64,000 nt of DNA from Candidatus Hodarchaeota archaeon (lineage in GTDB: Archaea > Asgardarchaeota > Lokiarchaeia > Sigyniarchaeales > SOKP01). Both the position numbers and the translations under genes were made by a program. Position 1 is the first letter of the stretch; each line of letters opens with the position of its first letter. This document shows, piece by piece, positions 49,134 through 58,442 of the stretch. The stretch lies in assembly GCA_048887225.1 (NCBI GenBank), contig JBHLJY010000004.1, forward strand, positions 1 through 64,000, given 5' to 3'. Below the pieces are notes generated by a model that worked only from the letters and a program-made list of their open reading frames with translations, did not search any database and was not told where the DNA came from.

Positions 49134-50264
49134 ATGGAAAAAGAAATTCTAGCTTGCATAGATAACAATAATTTAAAATATCTACAATCAGGGCAGATCT
49201 CTAAATATATCTTTCCAGTTTCTCGGAAAGAAGCACATCAAAAAAATATTACTCATTTAATAGTCCGCTTTTTTATAATGGCCATTACTCCTGAAAATGA
49301 ATTTCTTTATTTAGTGCAAAAACGAGGAAAAACTAAGGAAAGTTACCCTAAATATTATACAGATTCTGCTTCTGGTCATGTAGAGTATGAAAAAAATTTA
49401 AATCTCAACAAAATTAAAAAAAATGCAACACGAGAACTTGAAGAAGAATTTGGAATTCCAAGAAAGGGAATTCAGAAAATAATATTTTACGATCTAGATG
49501 AAGAAAAAGATAATTTTACTTCTGAAATCGCTTTCATTTTTTTAGGTTTGGTTAATTATAATATAAAATTAGACCCTAATCCTAAAGAATTAGAATCCGA
49601 TGGAAGTAAATTCTATACAAAATTACAATTAGAAAAATTGTTAGAAACTCAAAAATCAGTTGATTATTCTAAAGAAATTTGGAAAGAATTAATAAAAACT
49701 GATATTAAAGACCTTTTTGAAACAGAGAAAGATTCACAATCAAATAAGAAAGAAAAGGTTGCGTTGTTTATTGGAAGATTTCAGCCACTACATCATGGGC
49801 ATATTTATGTCATAAGAAATATTTTAAAATCGTTTCATACTTTAAAAATTGGAATTGGAAGCTCACAATTATCGAATGTCAAAAACGATCCTTTCACGAA
49901 CGATGAAAGAAAACAATTTATAAATGCCGCATTGAAAAAAAGAGAAATACCAACTAAAAAATATAAAATATACAATATTCCAGACATATATAACGCAAAA
50001 AAATGGTGTGATCATGTAATTTCTATAGTAGGAGAATTTGATGTCGTCTTTTCTAATAGTTCTTTCATTAGACAACTATTTCAAAATAAAGGGATTAAAG
50101 GTGGAAGAAGACTTGTTATATTTAAAAATAAATTCAATGCAACAAACATCAGAAATTTAATAGCTAAAGATGATAAAAATTGGCTAAAGCTTGTGCCAAA
50201 AGAGGTATATAATTTAATACAAAAATTTAATGGAGTAGAAAGAATTAAATCTTTAAATAAATAA
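49134..50264 (+). CDS. Nudix plus nicotinamide-nucleotide adenylyltransferase (NadM-like) fusion
   Basis: SASGHV...ATRELEEEFG, then FIGRFQPLHHGH, IGIGS, NDPFT..ER. Confidence 0.85.
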   Translation: MEKEILACIDNNNLKYLQSGQISKYIFPVSRKEAHQKNITHLIVRFFIMAITPENEFLYLVQKRGKTKESYPKYYTDSASGHVEYEKNLNLNKIKKNATRELEEEFGIPRKGIQKIIFYDLDEEKDNFTSEIAFIFLGLVNYNIKLDPNPKELESDGSKFYTKLQLEKLLETQKSVDYSKEIWKELIKTDIKDLFETEKDSQSNKKEKVALFIGRFQPLHHGHIYVIRNILKSFHTLKIGIGSSQLSNVKNDPFTNDERKQFINAALKKREIPTKKYKIYNIPDIYNAKKWCDHVISIVGEFDVVFSNSSFIRQLFQNKGIKGGRRLVIFKNKFNATNIRNLIAKDDKNWLKLVPKEVYNLIQKFNGVERIKSLNK

Positions 50265-50290
50265 TAATAAAAGAAGAAATAGCATTTGTG

Positions 50291-51397
50291 TTATTTTAAA
50301 TAATCGACTTTAGTGCTAGCGGCGGGTTTTTCGTAAAAAATTAATTTATTCTTATCTAATTTTGCATAAAATCCCTTGTCCCTAATTGTTTCAAAGATTT
50401 TGAATTTTATTTCGTTATCGTTAAATTCTGAACTTAATTCAGGGGATTTATATTTGATGTAATCAATAACATCTTTCAATAAAGTAGAAGCTGAAATGGA
50501 GGAAAATAATACTAAGGCCTCCTCTATCTTTTTTAATAACTCAGGATTCATATCAAATTTAATTTTAGCTTTCATTATTTTTTTGCGAAGTCTAATGACA
50601 TCATTAGATTCGGATTGAGGATTAATCTCTAAATATCGATTACAAGCATCAATAGCTCTTTTATAAGCTCTTGCTATGTAAAATCCATTAGCCAAATTTT
50701 TCCACATTATCGAATCTTTACTATCTTCTTCGATCATCTTTTTATATATTTTAATGAGGTTGGAGAAAGGCAAATCGTAAAGCCAATCTATTTCTAAAGA
50801 CTTTGTATAGGCCTCAATAGCTTTGTCATATTCTTCCTTACAATACCAAACCCAACCTAAATTGTTCCAAGCTATTTTGCTGTTACCTTCCAATTTTAAA
50901 GCTTTTAAGTAAGCCTCAGTAGCCATATCGTATTTCTCTAAAAAGCGATAAGCTCGCCCTAAATCAATCCAATTAGCAGTATTTAAGGGATCGATTTTTA
51001 ATGCTTCTTTAAATACTGTTATCGCTTTATAATATTCCTTGCGGTCGAAATATATATTAGTTAGATTTACCAGAGGAATATCATAATTAGGATCAATTTC
51101 TAATGATTTTTTATACATTTCAATAGCATCTTCTATTTTGCCCTTACATTCTAATGTATAGCCGATGTTATTTATCGCAGTTTTATTATTTGGCTCGATA
51201 TCTAAAACTCTATCGTAATAATCAATCGCTCTTTCGTATTCTTCTAAATGTCTATAAGATAAACCGATTTTTATAAGGGCATCAACATTATCTGGTTCTA
51301 AATCTAAAGCCTTTTTATATACGTTAATAGCCTCATTATACTTACCTTTATCAAAATAATTACTTCCTTTGTCCATAAATTCTTTAGCCGTAACCAT
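50291..51397 (-). CDS. Tetratricopeptide repeat protein with C-terminal winged-helix/PCI-like tail
   Basis: About 7 TPR units (A...Y.KAL.LDP). Confidence 0.85.
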   Translation of the reverse strand: MVTAKEFMDKGSNYFDKGKYNEAINVYKKALDLEPDNVDALIKIGLSYRHLEEYERAIDYYDRVLDIEPNNKTAINNIGYTLECKGKIEDAIEMYKKSLEIDPNYDIPLVNLTNIYFDRKEYYKAITVFKEALKIDPLNTANWIDLGRAYRFLEKYDMATEAYLKALKLEGNSKIAWNNLGWVWYCKEEYDKAIEAYTKSLEIDWLYDLPFSNLIKIYKKMIEEDSKDSIMWKNLANGFYIARAYKRAIDACNRYLEINPQSESNDVIRLRKKIMKAKIKFDMNPELLKKIEEALVLFSSISASTLLKDVIDYIKYKSPELSSEFNDNEIKFKIFETIRDKGFYAKLDKNKLIFYEKPAASTKVDYLK

Positions 51398-51501
51398 TGT
51401 TCTAACTCCTTATATCTATATGTATTATAAAGGTTGTAATATTTTAAATAATTATTTTATGAGGCATTAAAATCAACAAAAAAAGAGAAAGAGAACTATT
51501 T

Positions 51502-52569
51502 TTGAGCGATAAGAAATTTTTGGAAATTAATGGCTCATTTGGAGAAGGGGGAGGTGCCATCCTTCGTTTAACCGCAGCTTTTTCCATATTATTTAATCGC
51601 CCTATTAAAATTAAAAGTATACGTGCTAATCGCCCTAAGCCAGGATTAAGAACTCAACATTTACTAGGGCTTAAGGCACTTGTTGAGTTAACTGATAGTT
51701 CTTTAAGCGATTGTAAAGTTGGATCTAGAGAATTAACTTTAATACCAAAAAGAAGGATTAAAAGTAATATTCACGTAAATATTGATACTGCAGCATCTAT
51801 AGGCTTATTACTTCAACCTATTCAAATTGCATCTTTAGGATTTAAGAGATCGGAGAAAATCGAAATTCTTCTTAGTGGCGGAGGAACCTTTGGTAAATGG
51901 GCTCCAAGTCTTAATTATTTACAACGAGTTACTTATCCGATTTTCAGTAAATCTGGTTTAAGAATTGATATTGAAATAAAAAAACACGGATGGTATCCAA
52001 AGGGGGGAGCACACTCAATATGTTCCATATTCCCTCCAAAAAATAAGTTAAAACCGATAAATTTAACAGAATTAGGAAATATTGATTTAATTGAAGGTGA
52101 AATTATTATAACCAATCAATTGAGGAGACAAAGAGACAACATAGCTGAAAGAATTCGAAAATCTATTAAACAACAAATTAAAAGAAAATTAAAGATAGAA
52201 ACAGATGTAAAGTATACTTGGGTGGATTCGAAAAGTCCTGGCGTGGGCCTCTCTTTATGGGCTCACTCTGATACAAATGCAATAATATCCACTGGTACGA
52301 TTTTAGGAGAAAAAAGTATATCTTCTGAAAAACTTGGATTTATTGCAGCAAATCAGCTGATGAAGTATATAAAAAAGGAAATTCCCGTTGATAATTATTT
52401 AAGCGATCAATTAATACCGTTAATGGCATACGCTAAGGAACCTTCAAAAATAAGAGTTCTTGAAATTACAAATCATACAAAAACCAATTTAAAGTTAATT
52501 AAAAACTTTATAAACAGAGATTACAAAATTACCAAAAACCAACATAATTTTTTAATAGAATATCAATAA
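51502..52569 (+). CDS. rtcA: RNA 3'-terminal phosphate cyclase
   Basis: GEGGG..LR, IRANRPKPGL..QH, G.YPKGG, DQL, T.HT.TN. Confidence 0.92.
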   Translation: MSDKKFLEINGSFGEGGGAILRLTAAFSILFNRPIKIKSIRANRPKPGLRTQHLLGLKALVELTDSSLSDCKVGSRELTLIPKRRIKSNIHVNIDTAASIGLLLQPIQIASLGFKRSEKIEILLSGGGTFGKWAPSLNYLQRVTYPIFSKSGLRIDIEIKKHGWYPKGGAHSICSIFPPKNKLKPINLTELGNIDLIEGEIIITNQLRRQRDNIAERIRKSIKQQIKRKLKIETDVKYTWVDSKSPGVGLSLWAHSDTNAIISTGTILGEKSISSEKLGFIAANQLMKYIKKEIPVDNYLSDQLIPLMAYAKEPSKIRVLEITNHTKTNLKLIKNFINRDYKITKNQHNFLIEYQ

Positions 52570-52635
52570 ATTCGGGCATTAATCACTTCTTTTTTCATAA
52601 TATAATCTACAATCATAAAAATTCATAAGAAATTT

Positions 52636-52657
52636 TTATAAGATCTTGTTATTATAT
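52636..52657 (+). repeat. Outer direct repeat, left copy (20/22 identical to 57409-57430)
   Basis: TTATAAgaTCTTGTTATTATAT. Confidence 0.6.
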
Positions 52658-52736
52658 TTTGTTTTAAAACAAGTGTTAACCTAAATAAATAACTCTTAGT
52701 TAAAATTTTATTTTTTTGTTATTTATCCTGGATTAA

Positions 52737-52764
52737 ATCATATATCTGTTCTAAGATATAAGAT
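52737..52764. repeat. 28-bp 11-6-11 inverted-repeat site, left copy (tyrosine-recombinase-like)
   Basis: ATCATATATCT-GTTCTA-AGATATAAGAT; arms 10/11 complementary; repeated at 57332. Confidence 0.7.
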
Positions 52765-52812
52765 AGAAATAAAAAAAAAAGAAAAAGGATTTAATTAAAT
52801 TTACACACTTGA

Positions 52813-55800
52813 TTATTCTTTTTTTGGAAGATTAATTATGCCTTTCTTGATTAATACAACAACAGCTACACCACCACCTAGGCTAGCAAGAATAACTACA
52901 ACTATAATTACCATTACTATGCCTATATCCTCCTCGTCGTCGTCATCATCGTCATCTCCGGCAGCAGGACTAGGACCAGGACTAGGACCAGGAGATACAT
53001 CTTGACCATCATCATAAATAGGTTTAGTATCTTCACTTCCTCCACCACCAGGAATAGGATGTAGAGTATTCCCTATGCCATCACCATCTGGATCGCTGCC
53101 CGTATAATTGTCCCAATAATTACCAATGATACCATTGTCCCATCTATTATCGGTACCATCGTCAATGGCATGGACTGTATTATTTCTAAAATAATTCAAA
53201 TAAAAAGTGTTATAATTGCTACCTCCATTGAGAAAAATTCCTCTTCCTTCATTGAAACAAATCTCATTTCCTGTAATATTATTGTTAGTGGATACATCAA
53301 AATTTATCCCGTAGCGTGTGTTATTGTTGATTATGTTTTCAGTAATGTTGTTCCATTCGGCTGAACTTAAATATATACCATCATAACCAGTACCAGAATC
53401 TCCATTATTAGTTATGTTGTTTTCTGAAATGCAATTATCATCGCTGTTTAATATACATATTCCATGCTCCTCATTATATTTTATTTCATTTTTAGAAACT
53501 GTGTTATTATGACTATCATCTTGTAAATATATCCCGTACTGTGTGTTTTTGTTTGCAGTGTTTCCCGAGATAGTGTTGTCAGTGCAATTATTATATAAAT
53601 ATATCCCTGCATTTTGGTTTGATGTCATGTTGTTGCATGCGGTATTGCCTGAGATGGTGTTATCGTCGCAATATGAATATAAATAAATTCCGTATAGGGT
53701 GTTGTCGTTTGCGGTGTTTCCCGAGATGGTGTTATCGTCGCACTCACCTTCTAAATATATCCCGTACTCTTTGTTGTTGTTTGCGGTGTTTCCCGAGATA
53801 GTGTTATCAGTGCAATTATTATATAAATATATTCCGTACTGTGTGTTGTTGGTTGCGGTGTTTCCCGAGATTGTGTTATTGTCACAATAATCTTCTAAAT
53901 ATATCCCGACAAATTGGTTTGATGTCATGTTGTTGCATATGGTGTTTCCCGAGATCATGTTGTTATCGCATTCATCCCATAAATATATCCCATAATCTTC
54001 GTTGTCGTTTGCGGTGTTTCCCAAGATGGTGTTATCGTCGCACTCACCTTCTAAATATATCCCGACATTTTGGTTTGATGTCATGTTGTTGCATACGGTA
54101 TTTCCCAAGACAGTGTTGTCGTCGCAATCATCCCATAAATATATCCCATAATCTTCGTTGTCGTTTGCGATGTTTCCCGAGATTGTGTTATCGTCGCACT
54201 CACCTTCTAAATATATCCCGTACTGTGTGTTGTTGTTTGCGGTGTTTCCCGAGATTGTGTTATCGTCGCACTCACCTTCTAAATATATCCCGTACTGTGT
54301 GTTGTTGTTTGCGGTGTTTCCAGAAATTGTATTATTCTTGCAACGGTATCCTAAATATATCCCTCTTAATTGGTTTGATGTCATGTTGTTGCATACGGTG
54401 TTTCCCGAGATTGTGTTGTCATCGCTATATTCATATAAATATATCCCGTACTGTGTGTTGTCGTTTGCGGTGTTTCCAGAAATTGTATTATTATTGCAAC
54501 GGTATCCTAAATATATCCCTCTTAATTGGTTTGATGTCATGTTGTTGCATGCGATGTTTCCCGAGATTGTGTTGTCATCGCAATCATGCCATAAATATAT
54601 CCCATAATCTTCGTTGTCGTTTGCGATGTTTCCCGAGATTGTGTTATCGTCGCACTCACCTTCTAAATATATCCCGTACTGTGTGTTGTTGTTTGCGGTG
54701 TTTCCCGAGATGGTGTTGTCGTCGCACTCATTTTCTAAATGTATCCCTCTTAATTGATTTGATGTCATGTTGTTGCATGCGATATTGCCTGAAATGGTGT
54801 TATCGTCGCAATATGAATATAAATATATCCCGCTTTCACTATTATCGTTTGCGGTGTTTCCCGAGATGGTGTTATTATCACTATACCATAAATATATCCC
54901 GCTTTCACTATTATCGTTTGCGGTGTTTCCCGAGATGGTGTTATTATTACTATTATATAAATATATCCCGCTTTCACTATTATCGTTTGCGGTGTTTCCC
55001 GTTATGGTATTATTGTCACATTCATCCCATAAATATATACCGAAATCGTTGACGTTTGCGGTGTTTCCCGATATAGTATTATTGCTGGAATAATGCATAT
55101 AAATGCCATAATTCTTATTATATGACATGTTACACATTGAGATAGTATTATTATTGCTGTATAATAATGAAATTCCAATTGATCCATGAGAAACATTTAA
55201 GTTTGAAATTATAGAATATCTACAGTTGGCAAGGAATACTTCTCCAGCATTCGTGAAGTCTGCTAGTTCCAATCCGATCTTATTGACATAGTAATAAATT
55301 GGTTTTCCATTTATAGTATTTGTAGTATCAATATGGTGTGATGAACATTGTTCAAGATTACCAATAATGAATAAACCTGACTCAATCATAATATTTCCCG
55401 AGACAGTGTTATTATTACTCTCCTCTAGATATATTCCATACCTAGTGTTGTCGTTTGCGGTGTTTCCCGAAATTGTATTATTATCACAATTATATAAATA
55501 TATCCCGCTATCCCTGCTGAAATTTGCGGTGTTTCCCGTTATGGTATTATTTTCGCAATAATATAAAGATATCCCTCTATATTGGTTTGATGTCATGTTG
55601 TTGCATGCGATGTTTCCCGAGATTGTGTTGCTATTGCAATCAAAATATAAAAGTATCCCATTATCGTCGTTGTCGTTTGCGGTGTTTCCCGAAATTGTAT
55701 TGTTATCACAATTATATAAATATATCCCGCTATCCCCGTTGAAATTTGCGGTGTTTCCCGAGATTGTGTTGTTATCGCAATTTATTCTTAGATATATCCC

Positions 55801-56862
55801 GCACCAGTTGTTATTGTTTGCGGTGTTTCCCGTTATGGTATTATTGTCGCATTCATCTTCTAAAAATATCCCATAAATCCCGTTTTTGTTTGCTGTGTTC
55901 CCCGAGATTGTGTTGTTATTGCAATTTATTCTTAAATATATCCCTCTATCTTGGTTTGATAATGAATTTTTATTGCATGCGGTGTTTCCCGAGATTGTGT
56001 TGTTATCGCAATTATCATATAAATATATCCCGTCCCCTCTGTTATCGTTTGCGATGTTTCCCGAGATTGTGTTGTTATCGCAATTTATTCTTAAATATAT
56101 CCCATAAAAATCGTTGAAATTTACGGTGTTTCCCGAGATTGTGTTGTTGGTGCATTCATCCCATAAATAAATCCCGCTACCCCCGTTTAAATTTGCGGTG
56201 TTTCCCGAGATTGTGTTGTTATCACAATTATCCAATAAAAATATCCCTCTATCTTGATTTGATGTCATGGTGTTACTTGCTTTATTTCCCGAGATTGTGT
56301 TGTCGTCGCAATCACCTACTAAATATATCCCGTACTCGGTGTTATCGTTTGCGGTGTTTCCCGATATCGTGTTATTATCACAATCATATAAAAATATCCC
56401 GTTTTTATCGTTGTTTGAACAATTGTTAATCAATAAGGCTCCGTTATTTGTGTTTTCCAATTTGATTCCCGCATTCCCCCAATTTGCTCCCGAATTGTAA
56501 ATAGTACAATTTTCAATCCTAAAATAATCGTTTTTGGAATTATTTATAAAAATACCGCTTCCCGTAGGGGAACTGCTTGCGTCGATAGTAACGTTTTCAA
56601 TAACATAGGGCTTGCTCCACGATCCATCGCCACTAAACCAACCCTTACCAGTCGCATCCGACCAATTGCCGTCAATATATATGAAAGATTCAGTATAGGC
56701 TCCCGATTTTTTCGGATTTTTTAAATTAGTTACGTCTAGAATTTCCCCGCTTCCTTCATTATTTAATTGCTGATCGCTGAAATTTACGTTTCTAATGATT
56801 ATTATAGCGAAAACCATTCCTATCGCTATTAAGATTAATATTTTTGATTTATTCGATTTCAT
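52813..56862 (-). CDS. Large surface protein with right-handed parallel beta-helix (NosD/CASH) repeats and C-terminal TM anchor
   Basis: Signal/TM N-terminus, >35 GIYL...CDNNTISGN repeats, GNYWDNY.G.D..GDGIG, acidic linker, TM helix, basic tail. Confidence 0.92.
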   Translation of the reverse strand: MKSNKSKILILIAIGMVFAIIIIRNVNFSDQQLNNEGSGEILDVTNLKNPKKSGAYTESFIYIDGNWSDATGKGWFSGDGSWSKPYVIENVTIDASSSPTGSGIFINNSKNDYFRIENCTIYNSGANWGNAGIKLENTNNGALLINNCSNNDKNGIFLYDCDNNTISGNTANDNTEYGIYLVGDCDDNTISGNKASNTMTSNQDRGIFLLDNCDNNTISGNTANLNGGSGIYLWDECTNNTISGNTVNFNDFYGIYLRINCDNNTISGNIANDNRGDGIYLYDNCDNNTISGNTACNKNSLSNQDRGIYLRINCNNNTISGNTANKNGIYGIFLEDECDNNTITGNTANNNNWCGIYLRINCDNNTISGNTANFNGDSGIYLYNCDNNTISGNTANDNDDNGILLYFDCNSNTISGNIACNNMTSNQYRGISLYYCENNTITGNTANFSRDSGIYLYNCDNNTISGNTANDNTRYGIYLEESNNNTVSGNIMIESGLFIIGNLEQCSSHHIDTTNTINGKPIYYYVNKIGLELADFTNAGEVFLANCRYSIISNLNVSHGSIGISLLYSNNNTISMCNMSYNKNYGIYMHYSSNNTISGNTANVNDFGIYLWDECDNNTITGNTANDNSESGIYLYNSNNNTISGNTANDNSESGIYLWYSDNNTISGNTANDNSESGIYLYSYCDDNTISGNIACNNMTSNQLRGIHLENECDDNTISGNTANNNTQYGIYLEGECDDNTISGNIANDNEDYGIYLWHDCDDNTISGNIACNNMTSNQLRGIYLGYRCNNNTISGNTANDNTQYGIYLYEYSDDNTISGNTVCNNMTSNQLRGIYLGYRCKNNTISGNTANNNTQYGIYLEGECDDNTISGNTANNNTQYGIYLEGECDDNTISGNIANDNEDYGIYLWDDCDDNTVLGNTVCNNMTSNQNVGIYLEGECDDNTILGNTANDNEDYGIYLWDECDNNMISGNTICNNMTSNQFVGIYLEDYCDNNTISGNTATNNTQYGIYLYNNCTDNTISGNTANNNKEYGIYLEGECDDNTISGNTANDNTLYGIYLYSYCDDNTISGNTACNNMTSNQNAGIYLYNNCTDNTISGNTANKNTQYGIYLQDDSHNNTVSKNEIKYNEEHGICILNSDDNCISENNITNNGDSGTGYDGIYLSSAEWNNITENIINNNTRYGINFDVSTNNNITGNEICFNEGRGIFLNGGSNYNTFYLNYFRNNTVHAIDDGTDNRWDNGIIGNYWDNYTGSDPDGDGIGNTLHPIPGGGGSEDTKPIYDDGQDVSPGPSPGPSPAAGDDDDDDDEEDIGIVMVIIVVVILASLGGGVAVVVLIKKGIINLPKKE

Positions 56863-57331
56863 TTTTTTTAAATTTTTTTTTAAGATTTTAGATGATCAAA
56901 TGTTTGTATTTCAAATTTAATGATCATCAATAGTTCAACAATCTTAAATTTTATATTTAAAAGGATCTGGTAAATTTTTGAAGCATTAAATTTTCCAAAT
57001 TTAATTTTAATTAAATAAATTAAAGATATTAACCCATTTTAAAGACTAGAGCAAAGATTTAAGCACGAAACGGTAAATTCTAATAAATTCCAATAGAATT
57101 ATTTGATACAAAATGATACAAAAAATATTTTTGTGGTATCATAATAATAACAAATCAATCGCTTTTTGTTTTTGTGGGCACATATAAATTAAAAATTGAA
57201 TATAGTACATTAACATTTTATATAAGGATTATATAATAAATGTCAATATTAAGGCTAAAACATTGATTTTGAACAAAAACATCTTATCGTTTTTTTTAAA
57301 AGACCTTAATAATCAAATTGAAAATCAAGAA

Positions 57332-57359
57332 ATCACATATTTGTTCTAAGATATAAGAT
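57332..57359. repeat. 28-bp 11-6-11 site, right copy (same orientation as 52737-52764)
   Basis: ATCACATATTT-GTTCTA-AGATATAAGAT; 26/28 identical, same spacer. Confidence 0.7.
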
Positions 57360-57408
57360 TCACTAAGCTTAACCTTTCAAAATAGCAAAAAAAAATTATC
57401 AGTAATGA

Positions 57409-57430
57409 TTATAAAGTCTTGTTATTATAT
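57409..57430 (+). repeat. Outer direct repeat, right copy; overlaps likely TATA box of downstream gene
   Basis: TTATAAagTCTTGTTATTATAT, ending about 35 bp upstream of ATG 57466. Confidence 0.6.
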
Positions 57431-57465
57431 GAATATTATAAATTATCTTTAAATTTTCAATTAAG

Positions 57466-58374
57466 ATGTCAATCGCACTCCAAAGATGTCCCAGATGCGG
57501 AAACGAAAATCCCGCAGATAGTTTTGTTTGCTCCTTCTGCGGTAAAAGATTAAAAATGGAATCTATTGAAAATTTTTTTCTTTTTCGTCGAATTGAAGAG
57601 GAATGGGTAACACCACTTCCATGGTATATGAAAATTTATTATCTTTTTAGAGATCCCTCTCGTGCGTTCCACGATATCAATCACAAGAGAAGTGCAGCTC
57701 CTGGTTATATTATTCTATTATTAAATTCATTATTATGGGGTTTTATGGGTTTAGCTTTTATCTCACATTTTAGATTTAGCCCCATTTCGACGGCATTTAT
57801 TTATGCAATATCGTTTTTTATAATTTTTTTTATATTTGGACTACTTTTCAATTTTATATTTTATACAATTCTTACTTGGTTGTTTAGTAAAGGTGCTAAT
57901 TACGCCGTTGGATTTTCAGAAAGATTAGATATTCGTTTTGGAGGTGAAAAAGAAAAAATAGAGCTTCATAAAAAATCAGAGATGAGCCCTTTTTCTATTT
58001 ATAAAGGAGGCACGCTATTACAAAAACAAGCGGCTTATAAATATAAAATGCTTTTTTGCGCTTTTACTCCTTTTTTATTGGTTAATGCTATTAAAGTTAT
58101 AATCATTCTTATTGCATTCCCTACTATTAGGGTTGATACTGAAAGCGAACTGCCCCTAGATATTTTTAACAGAATATTTAGATCTCCAGTTTGGACTGTA
58201 CTCGATGTTATTGACGCTTTAACTATGGCAATTTGGGTACCTATTTTAATGGCTTTAGCCATAAGAGACTTATCCAATTCATCTACACTCCGCGTTTTAA
58301 TTTCATCACTGATAATAGGTGCATCTGTTGCAGTGCTGTTCTACTTTCTTAGACCTACTCTTTTTGGAAGTTAA
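57466..58374 (+). CDS. Zinc-ribbon plus Yip1-like multi-TM protein
   Basis: CPRCG.......CSFCG; LFRDPSRAF followed by TM helices. Confidence 0.65.
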   Translation: MSIALQRCPRCGNENPADSFVCSFCGKRLKMESIENFFLFRRIEEEWVTPLPWYMKIYYLFRDPSRAFHDINHKRSAAPGYIILLLNSLLWGFMGLAFISHFRFSPISTAFIYAISFFIIFFIFGLLFNFIFYTILTWLFSKGANYAVGFSERLDIRFGGEKEKIELHKKSEMSPFSIYKGGTLLQKQAAYKYKMLFCAFTPFLLVNAIKVIIILIAFPTIRVDTESELPLDIFNRIFRSPVWTVLDVIDALTMAIWVPILMALAIRDLSNSSTLRVLISSLIIGASVAVLFYFLRPTLFGS

Positions 58375-58442
58375 AGCTAAATTTATTAACTGATAATCCC
58401 ATCATTATTTAATTAAATTGAATTTCTCAAAGTATTATTTAA

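Noticed and set aside
53500-56400. CRISPR-like periodic repeats
   Set aside because: Units are in-frame coding repeats with no unique spacers and no cas genes
53170-56500. Many Cys/Arg-rich plus-strand ORFs (e.g. 53841-55052, 403 aa)
   Set aside because: Antisense shadows of the repetitive beta-helix gene
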